A DNA stretch of 63,704 nucleotides, the filler included, from Licmophora abbreviata (lineage: Eukaryota), in NCBI GenBank assembly GCA_900291995.1. It is 13 parts of 13 records of this genome, joined end to end, with 100 filler letters (N's around TTAATTAATTAA, not from the genome) between each part and the next. Parts side by side here need not be neighbours in the genome. Positions count along the whole stretch, not along the records: positions 24,386 to 33,529 come from OLMU01006120.1; positions 33,630 to 37,689 come from OLMU01006121.1; positions 37,790 to 41,645 come from OLMU01006122.1; positions 41,746 to 46,507 come from OLMU01006123.1; 9 more parts are not named here. One strand, written 5' to 3'. Below the pieces are notes generated by a model. That model ran no database searches, had not been told where the DNA came from, and saw nothing but the letters and a program-made list of their open reading frames with translations. Position numbers and translations under genes: made by a program. Of this stretch, positions 31,265 through 44,019 are shown piece after piece. Each line of letters begins with the position of its first letter. Position 1 is the stretch's first letter.

Positions 31265-32933
31265 ATGATCACGATGACCATGGTCTCTTCTGTCTTCGCA
31301 GCCGCTCTGGTGCTAGTTTTAGCAGAGGCGTCGTCTGTCTACAAGAAGGAATTCATGAGATCCATGAGGATGAGCCACCCAAGAGAAAAAGGCCTACCGC
31401 CGTTCCAGCCGAGACACAAGGACATTCTTCGACATGAACTGCGACAGCGCCTCGTCTCGTACGCTCGTCCTGTAGCAGACGCTGTTTTCTCACCTCGTCG
31501 GTGGCTCGATCAGCAACAACAACAACAGTACAATAGTTACGATGGCTTTGACTTGCGCGACTATGCCTTCAAGTACGTGGGGTGTCAGACGATCAATACG
31601 TGGAGCGACGATCTGGCGCAAGACGAGGACGCCGAATCTGTCTTGGCGAGCAAGAGATTCGTCGTGTTTCGATTCTGTCCGGGGGACGAGTGTTCGAATT
31701 ACAACAGGTTTGGGTGTCAATACAACTACGGAGAGTATATGATTGAGATGGACGATTATCTGTATGCCATGTCGCAGTACCATCTTGCGAGTTACGAAGA
31801 CTACTGTCAGACTTGTGCGGAGTGTATGAACGACTACGATGCGACGGATTCTTCGTCGAGCAGTGGTTCTTCCAGCAGCACCAGTACTACTAGTAGCAGC
31901 AGCGGTACCACCGACTCAACCGGAAGCGACACCACTGCGGCCAACAACTACTGTCAGTACGCCGAGGCTTGTACAAATTATGAGAGCGCTTGCTCCGATT
32001 TTGAGTCCTCGCAGGACTCGAGTAGTAGTACCACCAGCAGCAGCAGTGACCTGCAATACTTCCAGTGCACCCAGTTTGTTGTCGGAAACAGTGTCGCCTA
32101 TGTCGGCCCGCACTGCAACTCGGACGGCAAGACCTTGTCGATTGGCATGTACCAAGATGAAAACTGCTACCAGTATATTGGCGATGTTGTTAGCCTGGAG
32201 GAGTTCACGGGAATGACGTTTGACCAAGATGCCTTTGACTTTTATACCTCCTCCTCGTGTGTCTCTTGCTCCGATCAGGTACGTGCGGCAACAACTAGAT
32301 CAAAGAGCGTCTGCAGAAGGCCAAGTATGGGCAGTCTAACAACGATCGTTTGTGTTTGTTTTCCCCTATTTTTCTTAGGAGTCGTATGGGCTATACCAAG
32401 AAGGAGACCAAGACAGTGTTTACGAAATGTGCGAAGCCCTGTACGAAACGAGCGCCAAGTGCAATCGTGCCATGGATGAAGCTGATCGTTACTGGGTGAG
32501 TCAAGTTTTGCGTGAGGGCCAAACGTTGTACTTTTCGTATGCTTGCATCTCACAGTGTTTGTTTCCTCTGCAGTCCGACAATCAAGAAGAAACGGAAACA
32601 CAAGTTTGCAACTTTATCTCAAGTCTTGTGAGGAACTCGTACAATGAGTTGGGCGAGATTGCCCTTACGAGTGCGTCGTTCGACTTGAGAAACTGGAGGG
32701 ATCCTGAAGAATACAAACAGTTTGTCACAGACGTGACTCCCATGCAAAGATTCGGCATTGTCTTTTCAGTCTTTTTGTTCCTTGGCCTCATATTTTATTC
32801 ATGCTATCTGAATCACAAGCTCCGATCTCGGAGCGGTACGTTTTTGTGGGCCGCAACGGACCAGCAGAACATTGCAAGGATACATTCGGGCATTGCATCG
32901 GGACGCAGTGACTCCTATGGAGCGTATGCGTGA
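31265..32933 (+). CDS. Silicanin-1-like type I membrane protein (introns 32279-32378, 32496-32573)
   Basis: Signal peptide, then an RXL site (RRWL) followed by a Q-run. The Cys-rich acidic luminal domain contains KYVGC, FVVFRFCP..C, GC..NYGEY, YVGPHC, YQDENC and CEALYETSAKCN. A single TM (FGIVFSVFLFLGLIFYSCYL) is followed by a short basic tail. Confidence 0.8.
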
Positions 32934-33357
32934 TCCTTGCAAAAAACGTTGGGATGGACGGATCGATCGAGGGGCACCAAGCAGGAATGCTCCTCTGGAA
33001 TGTACAAGGACTCTCTGTTTAATAGACAACTGTTTCATCGTTGCGACGAAAGAGATACACCATACTGACACGGCTAGACACTGCAAGAGAGCTTCGAGCA
33101 TCGGGACCCGAACCGAAAGCGTCTTGGAGATCTCTCCGGGTTCGTAAATTTTAAATTTCAGCTCTTTCTGTCTGTCATACGGCACGTACGTGGTCGTCTG
33201 CTGGCCACTCACCGATCGTTGTATAAACATCACAGACATCAACGATGACGACAAGTCTCTCGAATCTGTGAGCGTGCTGCATTGTCAGTTGTACGAATCT
33301 CAGAGTTAATCGACGTTACGACGACCCTTCGTGCTACACTTACTAGTATAGAGAATC

Positions 33358-35164
33358 ATGACATCTTCTGTGACTTACTCGTCGACCCGCGGTGGCCAGA
33401 AAGGCCTGGATTTCCGCTCTGTCGTCATGACGGGTCTAGCCCATGACCGGGGTCTTTTCGTTCCAGATGTCCTGCCCTCGGTGACAAAGGACGAACTGGA
33501 ATCCTGGCGATCGCTGTCCTACGCGGATCNNNNNNNNNNNNNNNNNNNNNNNNNNNNNNNNNNNNNNNNNNNNTTAATTAATTAANNNNNNNNNNNNNNN
33601 NNNNNNNNNNNNNNNNNNNNNNNNNNNNNCCTGGCGATCGCTGTCCTACGCGGATCTTGCCATTGAAGTTATTGCCAAGTTCGTCAAGGAAGACCAAGTT
33701 CCTCGTAAGAAACTGGAGGACATTGTCAAGCGATCGTGTGCCGCCTTTCGAACTCAAGACGTGACACCTGTGGTGGATGTAGCGGGTCACACTATTCTGG
33801 TGAGAAAAAGAGAACAAGGGCCACGTCGCCACTGCCTTGTGCCCCCTTTAGCCCACACAGCTGTTGTTTCGTTTTTTTCGATTTTTCGAAGCTCACACAC
33901 TCGTGCCCCTTGCTCCTCTCCTACTTTCTACGTTCTTCTCTGCAGGAACTCTTTCACGGACCAACATTTGCCTTCAAGGATGTCGCTCTGCAGATGCTGG
34001 GAAACTTCTTTGAGTACTTTCTTCAAACCGGTTCTAATGAAGGCAGGCTGACGGTCTTGGGTGCAACGTCCGGCGATACTGGCAGTGCCGCCATTTACGG
34101 TCTGCGCGGGAAAAAAGGCGTCGAGTGTGTCATTCTCTTTCCGCACGGCCGCGTGTCGGAGATCCAGGAACGTCAAATGACTACTGTGCCCGACGAAAAC
34201 ATTCACTGTGTTGCGATTGATGGAACCTTTGACGATTGCCAGGACTTGGTCAAGGCCAGTTTCAACGACAAGGCTTTCCGAGATCGGGTTAAGCTGGGAG
34301 CAGTCAATAGCATCAACTGGTGCCGTGTCTTGGCCCAGACCACGTACTACTTCTGGTCATACCTTCGTGTGACCGACCAGAATAAGGAGATTGATACGGT
34401 GAATTTTTCGGTCCCAACAGGTAACTTTGGTGACATTCTGGCTGGTTACTATTCCAAGAAAATGGGCCTTCCGGTTGGGAAGCTCATTGTGGCGACCAAC
34501 GAGAACGATATCTTACATCGCTTCTTCACCAAGGGCGAGTATCATCGAAAGGATATAGCTAAAACTATCAGTCCGTCGATGGATATTTGCGTGAGTAGCA
34601 ACTTTGAGAGATACCTCTTTCACCTGGCTGGAAACGACTCTAATATCCTCGGAGACTGGATGAAGGGTTTCGAGACTACCAAGAAGCTAACCTTGACTGG
34701 CGCACAGCTGAAGCGGGCCCAAAAAGACTTTCTGTCGGCCCGTGCCGACACCAACACTACGCTCAAGGTCATTCGTGAGTATCATGAGAATCATGACTAT
34801 GTGCTCTGTCCCCACAGCGCCGTGGGAGTGAGCGCAATGCAGCAGCACGACGAGGTGCACAGTGCGACGGTCTGCCTTGCCACGGCTCACGAAGCCAAGT
34901 TTCCCGGGGCCGTCAAGCGTGCCGTCGATCCGCTTCCGTCGCCACCCATCGAGTTGGGCCGCCTAGCGTCGTTGCCTACTCGACGAAGTCACCTACCGAA
35001 CGACCTTGAAGGTGTTGCACGGATTTGTGGAGAAGACGGTTCTTGAGGGAATGACGAAGTCTCAAAGCATGCTGCCGGAGAAAGCCTTGAAGAAAACGAT
35101 GGTAGTTGCTGCTGTCGTGGGAATTATCGCCTTGGCGCTGCAGGTGGTATTGAAACGAAGGTAG
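33358..35164 (+). CDS. thrC: Threonine synthase (fungal/proteobacterial-type class) spanning gap 33530-33629; intron 33800-33945; apparent +1 frameshift near 35011
   Basis: YSSTRG, GLAHDRGLFVP, ELFHGPTFAFKDVALQ (PLP lysine), ATSGDTGSAA, VPTGNFG, SPSMDI, CPHSA and ATAHEAKF. The 27 nt either side of the gap are identical (33503-33529 = 33630-33656). Confidence 0.93.
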
Positions 35165-35500
35165 GAGGTCAGCCTGCTAGAGGTGGCCGGCTGAGTTTAT
35201 AGTACGTGCTACACATATATAAGTACCCTACCAGTCCTTTGCCGTGGTTTGCAGCTCTACGATAAGAAATCTAGCCTATCAGCTGACAGGTAAACATGTA
35301 AAGAAGCAAAGTCACACCGATTTAGTTTATACATAGTATGGTGCAGTAGAGTACCGGTATCAGTAAGATGAGTGACGAGCACAATCCAGAATTTCAAATG
35401 AATTCAGGTTGCTCAATTCTATGTTCTGAGTGAGCGTTTATTCACATGGGTGAGATTTGTACAAGAACCTGGTCAAGACGCAGAAGATAGAGAACACTTT

Positions 35501-35845
35501 CTATTGGATGAGCGGCTGGATCACGTCGAGAACCTGCTCGGCGACACTCTCGCCCGTCGTGAGTTCACCGACCAGCAAGCCCAGCGCAGCCAGCATGGAA
35601 AGACGTCCGAGAAACATCTCAACCGAAGGCAAGGATTGTTGCATCAAGACGTTTTCTTGTTCCTGAGACTTTGGAAGATCCAGCCAGGAAGGCTCTTCCA
35701 GTGTTTCGTAGGGTCGTGAACTTTGATTCAGTCGACCGGTGAAGGCCAATGACCGTCCAGGACGAGGAGCGAAAGCCAAAGTCATGGACAACGACGACAA
35801 GACCGCCAGCATGAAGACAAGGAACTTGCTCGAGAGTAAACGCAT
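35501..35845 (-). CDS. Small plastid-targeted light-harvesting-like (LIL/OHP/HLIP-type) one-helix protein
   Basis: Signal peptide + LAFAP. EMFLGRLSMLAALGLLVGELTTGESVAEQ resembles the ExxNGRxAM...E..TG chlorophyll-binding helix. Confidence 0.75.
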   Translation of the reverse strand: MRLLSSKFLVFMLAVLSSLSMTLAFAPRPGRSLAFTGRLNQSSRPYETLEEPSWLDLPKSQEQENVLMQQSLPSVEMFLGRLSMLAALGLLVGELTTGESVAEQVLDVIQPLIQ

Positions 35846-36357
35846 GTTTTGCTTTGTGAAGACAGAATGGAAGACTGAGCTAGCTTCCTAGAGCAGAGAC
35901 GATGCTGATCAAAGAATGTTCTGACCACTTCATGATGGGTGTGCTGGCACAGAACGACGATGCCGACACGGAAGTTATTGCGAATGCGACGGAACTTTGA
36001 ACTTTGTGAGCTGGTGTGATGTCGAAGACGATTTCCATATACATCTATGCGTAGTTAAAATACATGAAATAAGATTATCTTTCACAGATGATGACGTCAG
36101 GAATGACTTGGCCGGGCATACCGGCTCTCTTTGAGCCGACAGATGCGCAAATCAACAGATCTCAAAATCTGTTCCATTTGGGTTGCAACAAATCGGAGGA
36201 AAAACAGCGAGTGCGTGTGAGGCCGTGCACCATCTTCTCTAACTGCCGTATGCCCATGATCAAGTATCCTGTAAAAGTTCTTATGATTAGTGTTACTACG
36301 AGTATCGGCCTTTAAAAGTACATAGACCGCGCATCCATTCTAATACCAAAAACGGCG

Positions 36358-39300
36358 TTATTTCTCGGTTCCGCTTTCTTGAAAAGCCGAAATAGCCTTC
36401 TTGATTTCCTTGTAGCGACGATACTGACTTGCCACTGGCTTAATGTCCGCAAAGCTCGAAACCTGGCGCCGATGTTCCTTGAAGAAATCCTTCTCATAAG
36501 AGCGAAGCATTTGGTGCAGCTTGCCCTTTTCCGACTTGAGTGCTGCCAAATCCTGCGAGGGCGCACCGGTCGGGGTGCCAGTGACTGCGGCAGCTGGGGA
36601 TTCCAATGGAATCGGCGGGGATTTGGAAGATTTGCGCTTGGTTCTAGTAGATGACAGTCTCTGAGGCACCGGAGTCAGCACTGGAGAATCTTCACTTCCG
36701 CTATCGGGACCGATTTTCTTCAAGCCAGCAGGCGGCGACGGTGAGCGCCGGGAGAGAATGGGCTGCACTCCTGGTGATGGTGTCCGCCGGGCTTCCTTCT
36801 CCAAAAAAGTGATCTGAGCCTTGAGCCCATTGTAGTCTTCGTACAGATGCCGAATCGGTTCCTTTTCGGACTTGACTGGCATGCGTCCATGTTTCAGAGC
36901 AAAGTCCATATCGTATTGCTTCAGTTGCTGCTTTAGATCCCGTTTCCGCCCTTGGAGCTCCGGCAGCGACAGATGACTCAAGCCATCGACAGCAGCGGTC
37001 GAAGAGCGCGAGCCACTACCAAAAAGAGCCGGTCCTGGACCCTGAGGCGACACTCCATCGCCACTAGACGATCGCCTCCGGGGCTGCATAGGATACGGGA
37101 TTCCCAGCGAGCTTGACGCGCTGGGATGCAACGCGCTGAGGATAAGTCCTCGCTCTGAATTGCTCGAGCCAATCTCCGTTGGTATGCTGAGATTCTGAAG
37201 AAAGTTCGCACTCTTGCTTTCCGTCGCGAAGAATGGTCGACCTGGTCGCTTCATGACAATCTTGGCAATCTTTGGGTTGTTACTCCGCAGCAGTGTCCAC
37301 CTTGTACGTGCTCCACGAAACAAAGCCTGAATCCTAACTGCAGCATCGGCTCGAATAGCCCGTTTCCACTCGCGGTATTGCGCGTAGGTCGTGGCAAGAG
37401 GAGCGCGTTCGGCAGCACCCCTTGGAGCTCTGCCATGCAACTGTACAAAAGCTTCCTCAAAGCGACTTATCTGGGCTCGCAGAGCACGACACGCTGCCAC
37501 CGTGCGTTTTCGCTCCGCTGCCGTCGAGGTCAGCATGCGATAGTGCGCCGGCTGCGACACAGAGGATCCTGTCGACGCCACGGATGAAGCGGACGACGCC
37601 GGCCGGTAGGCTATCACCTCCGCATTGGAAGAGGCAACCCCATGAGAAGATGATGGTGACAGCGGCGCTCTATCGGCATTTGGAAGAAANNNNNNNNNNN
37701 NNNNNNNNNNNNNNNNNNNNNNNNNNNNNNNNNTTAATTAATTAANNNNNNNNNNNNNNNNNNNNNNNNNNNNNNNNNNNNNNNNNNNNAGACGGAGCGG
37801 CGATGATTTCGCTACCGGGGCTGCGCGATCGCCTGGGCGACGCAGGGATCCCCGGAGATACCTGAGGTAGAGAATCGTGGACTGTTGCAAGAGCAACTGC
37901 TTCCTCCTCTGCCGGAGGTGAACGCGGCGGTGTCTTCACTGACGGCGTCGAAGCCTGAGTCGAAGCGTCGTGGTATGAGTGCATCGATGAGCGTGGTACT
38001 GTATTGGATGTGAATGGGTCTCTTTCTGATGTCAGCAACTCTCCTTCTTCAAACCCGGAACGGCGAGGCAATGGTGGTGATAATGGCGTGCCAGGAGGCG
38101 GAGGAACAGCCCCAGGGTCGACTGGATTGATCATTGCTGTGCTTGTCACCTCGGAAGCAGGCTCGGATGAGAAAGAAGGTCCAAAGACCGATTCCATACT
38201 TTTAGGCGAGCGGGTTGGTCTGATGACAGTCGACTCTCCTTGACGCGGTGGACTTCGAGGGGACGCCATGCCTCTAGGACTCTCTGGGGCGCCACTTCGT
38301 GTTCTAGATATCCCAGGAGAAGGCGTACTTGCGTGACGACGGTATCCTTTCGACGACACTCCGATGTCGCGCGACGTGACCACGACTCGGGACCAGTCGC
38401 GCAACGTGATGTTCGAGATGGATATCCGTATCTGACGGTCTACGGCAATCACTTCCCATTCGGCGAGGGGCGCGTTGCCGCGAGAAGCTACGTCGTTCGC
38501 TCCGGTTGCGCCCTTGACCAACTTGTTGCCGCGACGGAGTCCGTGATTCGACGTTGCCCCAAGTCCCAGGTTGTGACTACCATCTTGTTCGGAACTCAAG
38601 TTCCTAAGCTGCTGCGCTGCATTCTTCAAGGTTTCCCGTCGTGCTGAGTCAGCAAGAAGTAGCTGTCCTCGGTCAAACCACCCCTTGCTGAAAACATCAA
38701 AAGCCGAATCGAGGATCAACTCCGTGGCTGCAAGGATAGCTTCAATGTCATTCTGATGCCGCAAGCACCACATTGCCGCCTGTGGTGGGCGGACGAGACA
38801 AGGCGCAACTCGCTGTACGAATCGACGCTGGTAACGATGAGTCCCGCACATACGGCGTAGTCGTGCAAGCTGCAGAACGACTTCTCCCGAGGCCTGTTCC
38901 AGAGACGTGATGAGCAGAGGAGCCAAGGCCGACACAATGGCTGCCCGGGTCGACCTTGGCGTGACTTCATCGCCCATCTGAGACTCCATGAGGGCCACTC
39001 CGGCCGCAACAATCCCGTCGTAGCACTTGGACATTCCTTCGACGCTTTCCAGTCCATTCATCGAAAGACTCTCAAGAACAAGAGCTGCCGACATGGGCGC
39101 CGTCATGGGGTAAGGAAACTCCCTCACACCACCCGTCAGCAGTTCAACTTCGGCGGGATCTTCCAATTCGTCGTCACTGTCTTCAATATCTAAGGTTTCG
39201 CCGGCTTTCAACTGAGCCCGCCTTCTCTCTCGCCGTTGCATCTTGCGTAAATGTCTCGCAAGAAGCACTCCATTACGTTTCTTGCAGCGCAGCGACTCTT

Positions 39301-40123
39301 CCTTCAAGTACTTGCGCGCTTCCATGCGATCTGATGCTGTTATCGAGTCAATGTAGAGCAGTTTGCGGTGATTGAAGGGCAACTTGCTCATCGAACCAGA
39401 TCCCGCCGCCCCTTTCGGGCTTGACAAGGCCGGGTCGGCGCCGGTCGGCGTGAAAAGCGGTTCCAGGCGACCAGCGTACTTCCTCTCATCGTCTATTATC
39501 GGAGCTTCGTCCATCGAAAGGAGATCGTCCATGCTGCTGAGTTCGTCTTCGTCGCCGCTGCTCGCCTCCTCGTCGCTTTCTCCTTCGAAAGGATTCGTCT
39601 TCAGCAGGAAGTCTTCTTCTAAGCCGTCATACTCAGCTAGGACGTCAGACCCTAGCATCTTGTCCAGGCCAAAGAAGCCACCAAGTTCCGACTCTCCCTT
39701 TAGCGAAGACGGCGCATGAGACACGCTTTTCCCGGAGCGTACTCGGGACCGAAGCGCTGACTGCAGAGTTCGTCGGGGGCGTCCTGGCGGACATAGTGCC
39801 AGCTGAGTTCTTGCTCCCATACGAATCGCGTTTTCACAGCTCATCAGCGCCAATCGCGCAGCCACGCACGGCTTCGTCAGAGGCAACGAGGATTCTAGAA
39901 TATGCTGCGGCTGCTTCGCTTGACCAGAACCACCCGCAACGCTATCGTTGCTTGCGGCATTGTCGGCACCCATGTCGTCGCCTGCCACGCCGTGTGCGAA
40001 ACCGGCGATAGTTCCCTTGGAACGCCGCCTTCGAAGCTGTAGAGGCTTCGACACCATTCCTCTCGATGCCTGGGCCGAGGAGGATGAATCAATCGCCTCT
40101 CCCGGCGTGATGGTGCTCATCAT
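36358..40123 (-). CDS. Large protein with IQ motif and FAM13-like C-terminal coiled-coil repeats (spans gap 37690-37789)
   Basis: IQ motif AAVRIQALFRGARTR. Three repeats of the type KRDLKQQLKQYDMDF..HGR.P...EKEPI..LYEDY. The Ser/Pro-rich linker continues across the gap on the same strand. Confidence 0.75.
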
Positions 40124-41204
40124 TGCTCCCGCGGGATCCTTCCGGCCGTCTACTCCATTGACAAGAGAGAAACGAGATGCGAAAATTCGGCGCCAAGTGA
40201 GGAATCGAATCAAAACTAATCAGACACGAGCACTTCAATGTACACTCGAGATGCAATAAGTAGCTTGCAATGTTTTGTATACGGACACGTAAAACCTAAT
40301 TTCCAACGGAAAAACAAACTTATTACACACGTAGAAAGCATACAGGAAAAATACAAATTCAAATAAAAGACGTTTTCTGCATAATGACAAAGTGATACAC
40401 GAACACCCATGCGAACTCTAGGCCAAGCTGGCCAAGCTTTCCATCAATCCACGATGATGGTTCGTGTCGCTAGGCGGCGAATTCCGCCTCCATTGCATCC
40501 TCAAACACATCCTCAGCGGCACAAGGGGAAGCCGTGAACTTACATTCGTGTGGAGGTCAGAAGGAAAGTGGCCCAAGAAGTCAATTTTTCACCCTTCGTG
40601 CGGGTCACGGTGATGATGGCTGGAACAATCGTGGTACCAATGATGCCTGCCTGCCTGCCTTTCTCTCGGTTAAATCTCCAAGATCAAAACAACCTTGCGC
40701 TCCTCAACACGTGGTGCCAATGAACAGAAGGATGTTTTGAGATCGTCGCCAACGCCGACCGCTACAGGAAACTTAGCTGCAGCCGGCGACAGTGCGGCAG
40801 ACTTTCGCAGTGGTGGTTTGTGAGTTTCGAAACGTGAGGAAGACCGCGAGGGTGACATGTTCAATGTGCGTGGGAACCGAACAAAATCTTCTCTCAGCCG
40901 GGACTTGGGATTTATGGAAAAATGTCAAATCATGTCGCGCAGACGTCACACTGTGACACTGCCCCGCGGCACTTCGGTAGATCAATCGGTATGATAGACC
41001 CCCTCTAATCGACGAGGAGTAAACTACTTGTGCAAGTCCTAAAGGGAGAAGAGAAATGGCATGGACCAATGAAAAGAGACGTGACAAGAGTTTGTGTTGC
41101 TAAGAGTACAGGAACATTAGAGCGAGTTGAGTCGTGTCTCCTCCACCCCAAGAGAACGCTCCGTAGCTGCATGGTCGCAACCTAATGCAAGACGCTCGGA
41201 TGGG

Positions 41205-41645
41205 CTAAGCACGGTAGAGCATCGACACGTCAACATTTTCTGGTGGGGGATTCATTGGAACATATCTACCAGCACCTGAACAGTATCCTCGGAATGAGTT
41301 AGGTTCGAACGTCCCATCTCGTTTTGATGGCTTCACTCCTGCTTTCTGCTCCAGGAGCGCTTCAAAGTCACGTCGAAGATCAAACCACTTGGAAAACAGC
41401 TTTCCGCAAGTAGTCATGTTGGTCAGGTGATTGAGTCGATACTGTTCCTTTTCATTTCTGGCTTGTCGTGGCCGCGGTAAGACGCATTCCCATGGCTTCT
41501 TACATGCCGTGTAATGTGCCGTCTTGACTAGCTCGACTGGCGTCACTCGACAGTCTTCACACTGAGTGTTGGCTTCAAAATTTCCATCCCTGGGATACTC
41601 ACGACACTGCATATGATGTTCCATTTGTGATGGTCCACGCCAAAT
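41205..41645 (-). CDS. 3' fragment of a probable GT8-like glycosyltransferase
   Basis: KTAHYTACKKPWEC resembles the GT8 C-terminal H-(F/Y)-x-x-x-KPW motif. The 5' part is lost in the gap. Confidence 0.5.
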   Translation of the reverse strand: MWRGPSQMEHHMQCREYPRDGNFEANTQCEDCRVTPVELVKTAHYTACKKPWECVLPRPRQARNEKEQYRLNHLTNMTTCGKLFSKWFDLRRDFEALLEQKAGVKPSKRDGTFEPNSFRGYCSGAGRYVPMNPPPENVDVSMLYRA

Positions 41646-43995
41646 NNNNNNNNNNNNNNNNNNNNNNNNNNNNNNNNNNNNNNNNNNNNTTAATTAATTA
41701 ANNNNNNNNNNNNNNNNNNNNNNNNNNNNNNNNNNNNNNNNNNNNAATCCCCGAATTTGTGCCAACAAAACAGGCGGTCAGACGTGTTTTTGCCAACAAC
41801 TCGTTGGCAGAATTCAGAATTCAGAATTCCCCAACAAGTATTTTCTTTCACGTGCGTTTTCCTACATTTTCTGCGGAGATGACATTTTTCTGGGAATTGT
41901 GCCAACAAAAGATAGACGCTTCCTGAAAATCTCAAAACGCTTACACGTGGAATAAAACTCGAATTTGTGGCCGCACTCCATTTTTTCACTCCGACACCAC
42001 TTCAAACCTCAAAATTCGAAAGTGACCTCTGTGCTTTGTTGATGTCGCAAAGCCATATCTGGGCCTCCATTGAAGTGTAGGCACCACGGGATTCAAGTAT
42101 GGGGGTAAAGCTAACCTCCAGAAAAAAGGGGTGAACTGGAAGGACGTCGTTCGTCAATGCAAGCACCCTGTACCCTTTGACATTGCGAATCTAATGTTCA
42201 ACTGTGCCTGGTTGTTTGCATCGCAAGTTTACCAATTGGGAAGATCATGTCTCTCCTCTCTCACTATAGAAGTGAAGGGTTCAATCTGTATTATGTCCTT
42301 GACAGCCAAGAAAATACATTCAAGGGTCCCAAAAGTCTCCGGCGCAGAAGTAAGCATGAGACCAACAGCGCTGCGACCTGCCATGAAAGCCGGCTTGAAG
42401 TTGGCAAACATGTATCCGATTGCATAAGCTGTGTAAGAATATCCTTCGACACAATAGGAACTGGACCACGAAAGTAACGATTGTCAGTCTTGCCCTTTTT
42501 ATTCACATTCTCAATTGTAATGCATGTATTTCCAATCTCCTGAGTCTTCTCTGTATCTCCTGTGAAGCAACTGCTGACGCTGCTTATTGCGCATGGTTGT
42601 AGGGCGCATGACGCCGATTCCCCACAATGCACACATGCATTCCATCAAAAATGCCTTGTCGACTTCCATCATGTCACCAAATCGCAAGTTATCTTGGAAA
42701 ATCCTAGACACCAGGACTATCATGTTTGGATCACTATGGACGATGGATATGCCTTAGAGCACCATGGATGCGGAACAACACCAAAAGGAGTGCAGCCAAC
42801 ACCTGGTCACAACAATCAAGCAGCATCATGATACGTGCGTGCCCAAATGTGGTGACAAATCGAACAGGGTAGCACTGCAGCACCTCTTTCTCTTCTGGGT
42901 TAGGCATAGTTTTGGCAAAGAACTTGTCAAGATAGGTCGCAAATGCACGAACAATGTCGCTCACAAGAGTATCGCAAGAGTATCGCTGACATCAAACATA
43001 CTCTCAATCTGCTGCATAGACCATCTGGCATGCCAATACGTTGTACAGATAAGATACTCGTCCTTCCATGATAAAGATCGTGGCTTACCTCTCTGTCTAG
43101 GCCCAGATGCCAAGCCTGCAGAGATATTTTTGCAAGCACTCTGTTTCCGTTCCACGCGGCTCACCAAGCTCCATCCTTGTAAACAAGTGTACATTTCCGG
43201 GGTCAGTTCCGTCCCTTTTGAAATTTATTGGGTCTAAAAAGATTTCAGCAGCAGCCATAGAAGGCAGATTGAAGAATGTATTCACGTACTTTGACATGCA
43301 TCCTCTCAGAAAGTGCTTGTAGCGAAGCCGACTCCCACACAAAATTGCATCACTCAGCGCTCGTGCTGATTCTTCTTTCAACTTGCGAAGCTTCTCCTTA
43401 TGCTCAGCCTCAATCTGCTCCACTAGTTTCTTGTGCTCTGTATCCTTTTCAGCAAGCTCGCTCAGACTCATGTTCTACACATGCCCACTTCATCGTTTCA
43501 TTCTTTTCCACAGATTGCTCCGGTGAGCGCTTCAGTTCCTCCCTGTCAGCTATTGATTGGGTTTCTTCAGCACGATAATGACGTTCAAGCTCAGAATTTC
43601 AAGTGGATCCACATTGAACTTCCTCCTGCAGTGCCAGCTGCCTGAGTTGTTGCCGCATGGTAAATCTTCAACAGAATCAACGCCGCTGTAAAAGCAGCCA
43701 ACCGGCTTGGAGGAGCCACCGCAACTGCAGTAGAAGGCAGAGGAAATGGAAGTCTGGGAATGGGACGTTCACCTTTTACTGAAAGTATAAAAGAGACAAG
43801 TGACTGCAAAGGCACTGCCCCAGCTTTCCATATTTGTTCTCGTTGACATTGAAGTCAACAATGTCATGGTTCAACTCCCAAACGCCGTCGTTTTCACGAA
43901 AGCGATGTTCCTCAAAGAAATGCCAGTATGCCAGGCCGACATTGGAGATGCACTCAATATTTCAGCAGTTCTTTTGTCGTCTAAAATCAATGCCT

Positions 43996-44019
43996 GGGTT
44001 AGGGTCAGGGTTAGGGTTA
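43996..44019 (+). repeat. Interstitial telomere-like repeat (TTAGGG-type, about 4 units)
   Basis: GGGTTAGGGTCAGGGTTAGGGTTA. Confidence 0.7.

Noticed and set aside
33503..33656. 27-bp direct repeat as a target-site duplication
   Set aside because: It is an unmerged contig overlap inside the threonine synthase CDS.
36071..36290. U3 snoRNA, SRP RNA or TPP riboswitch identity for the structured element
   Set aside because: The required conserved boxes (U3 box A/B, SRP helix 8, TPP CUGAGA) were not found in proper arrangement. It is kept only as an unassigned candidate.
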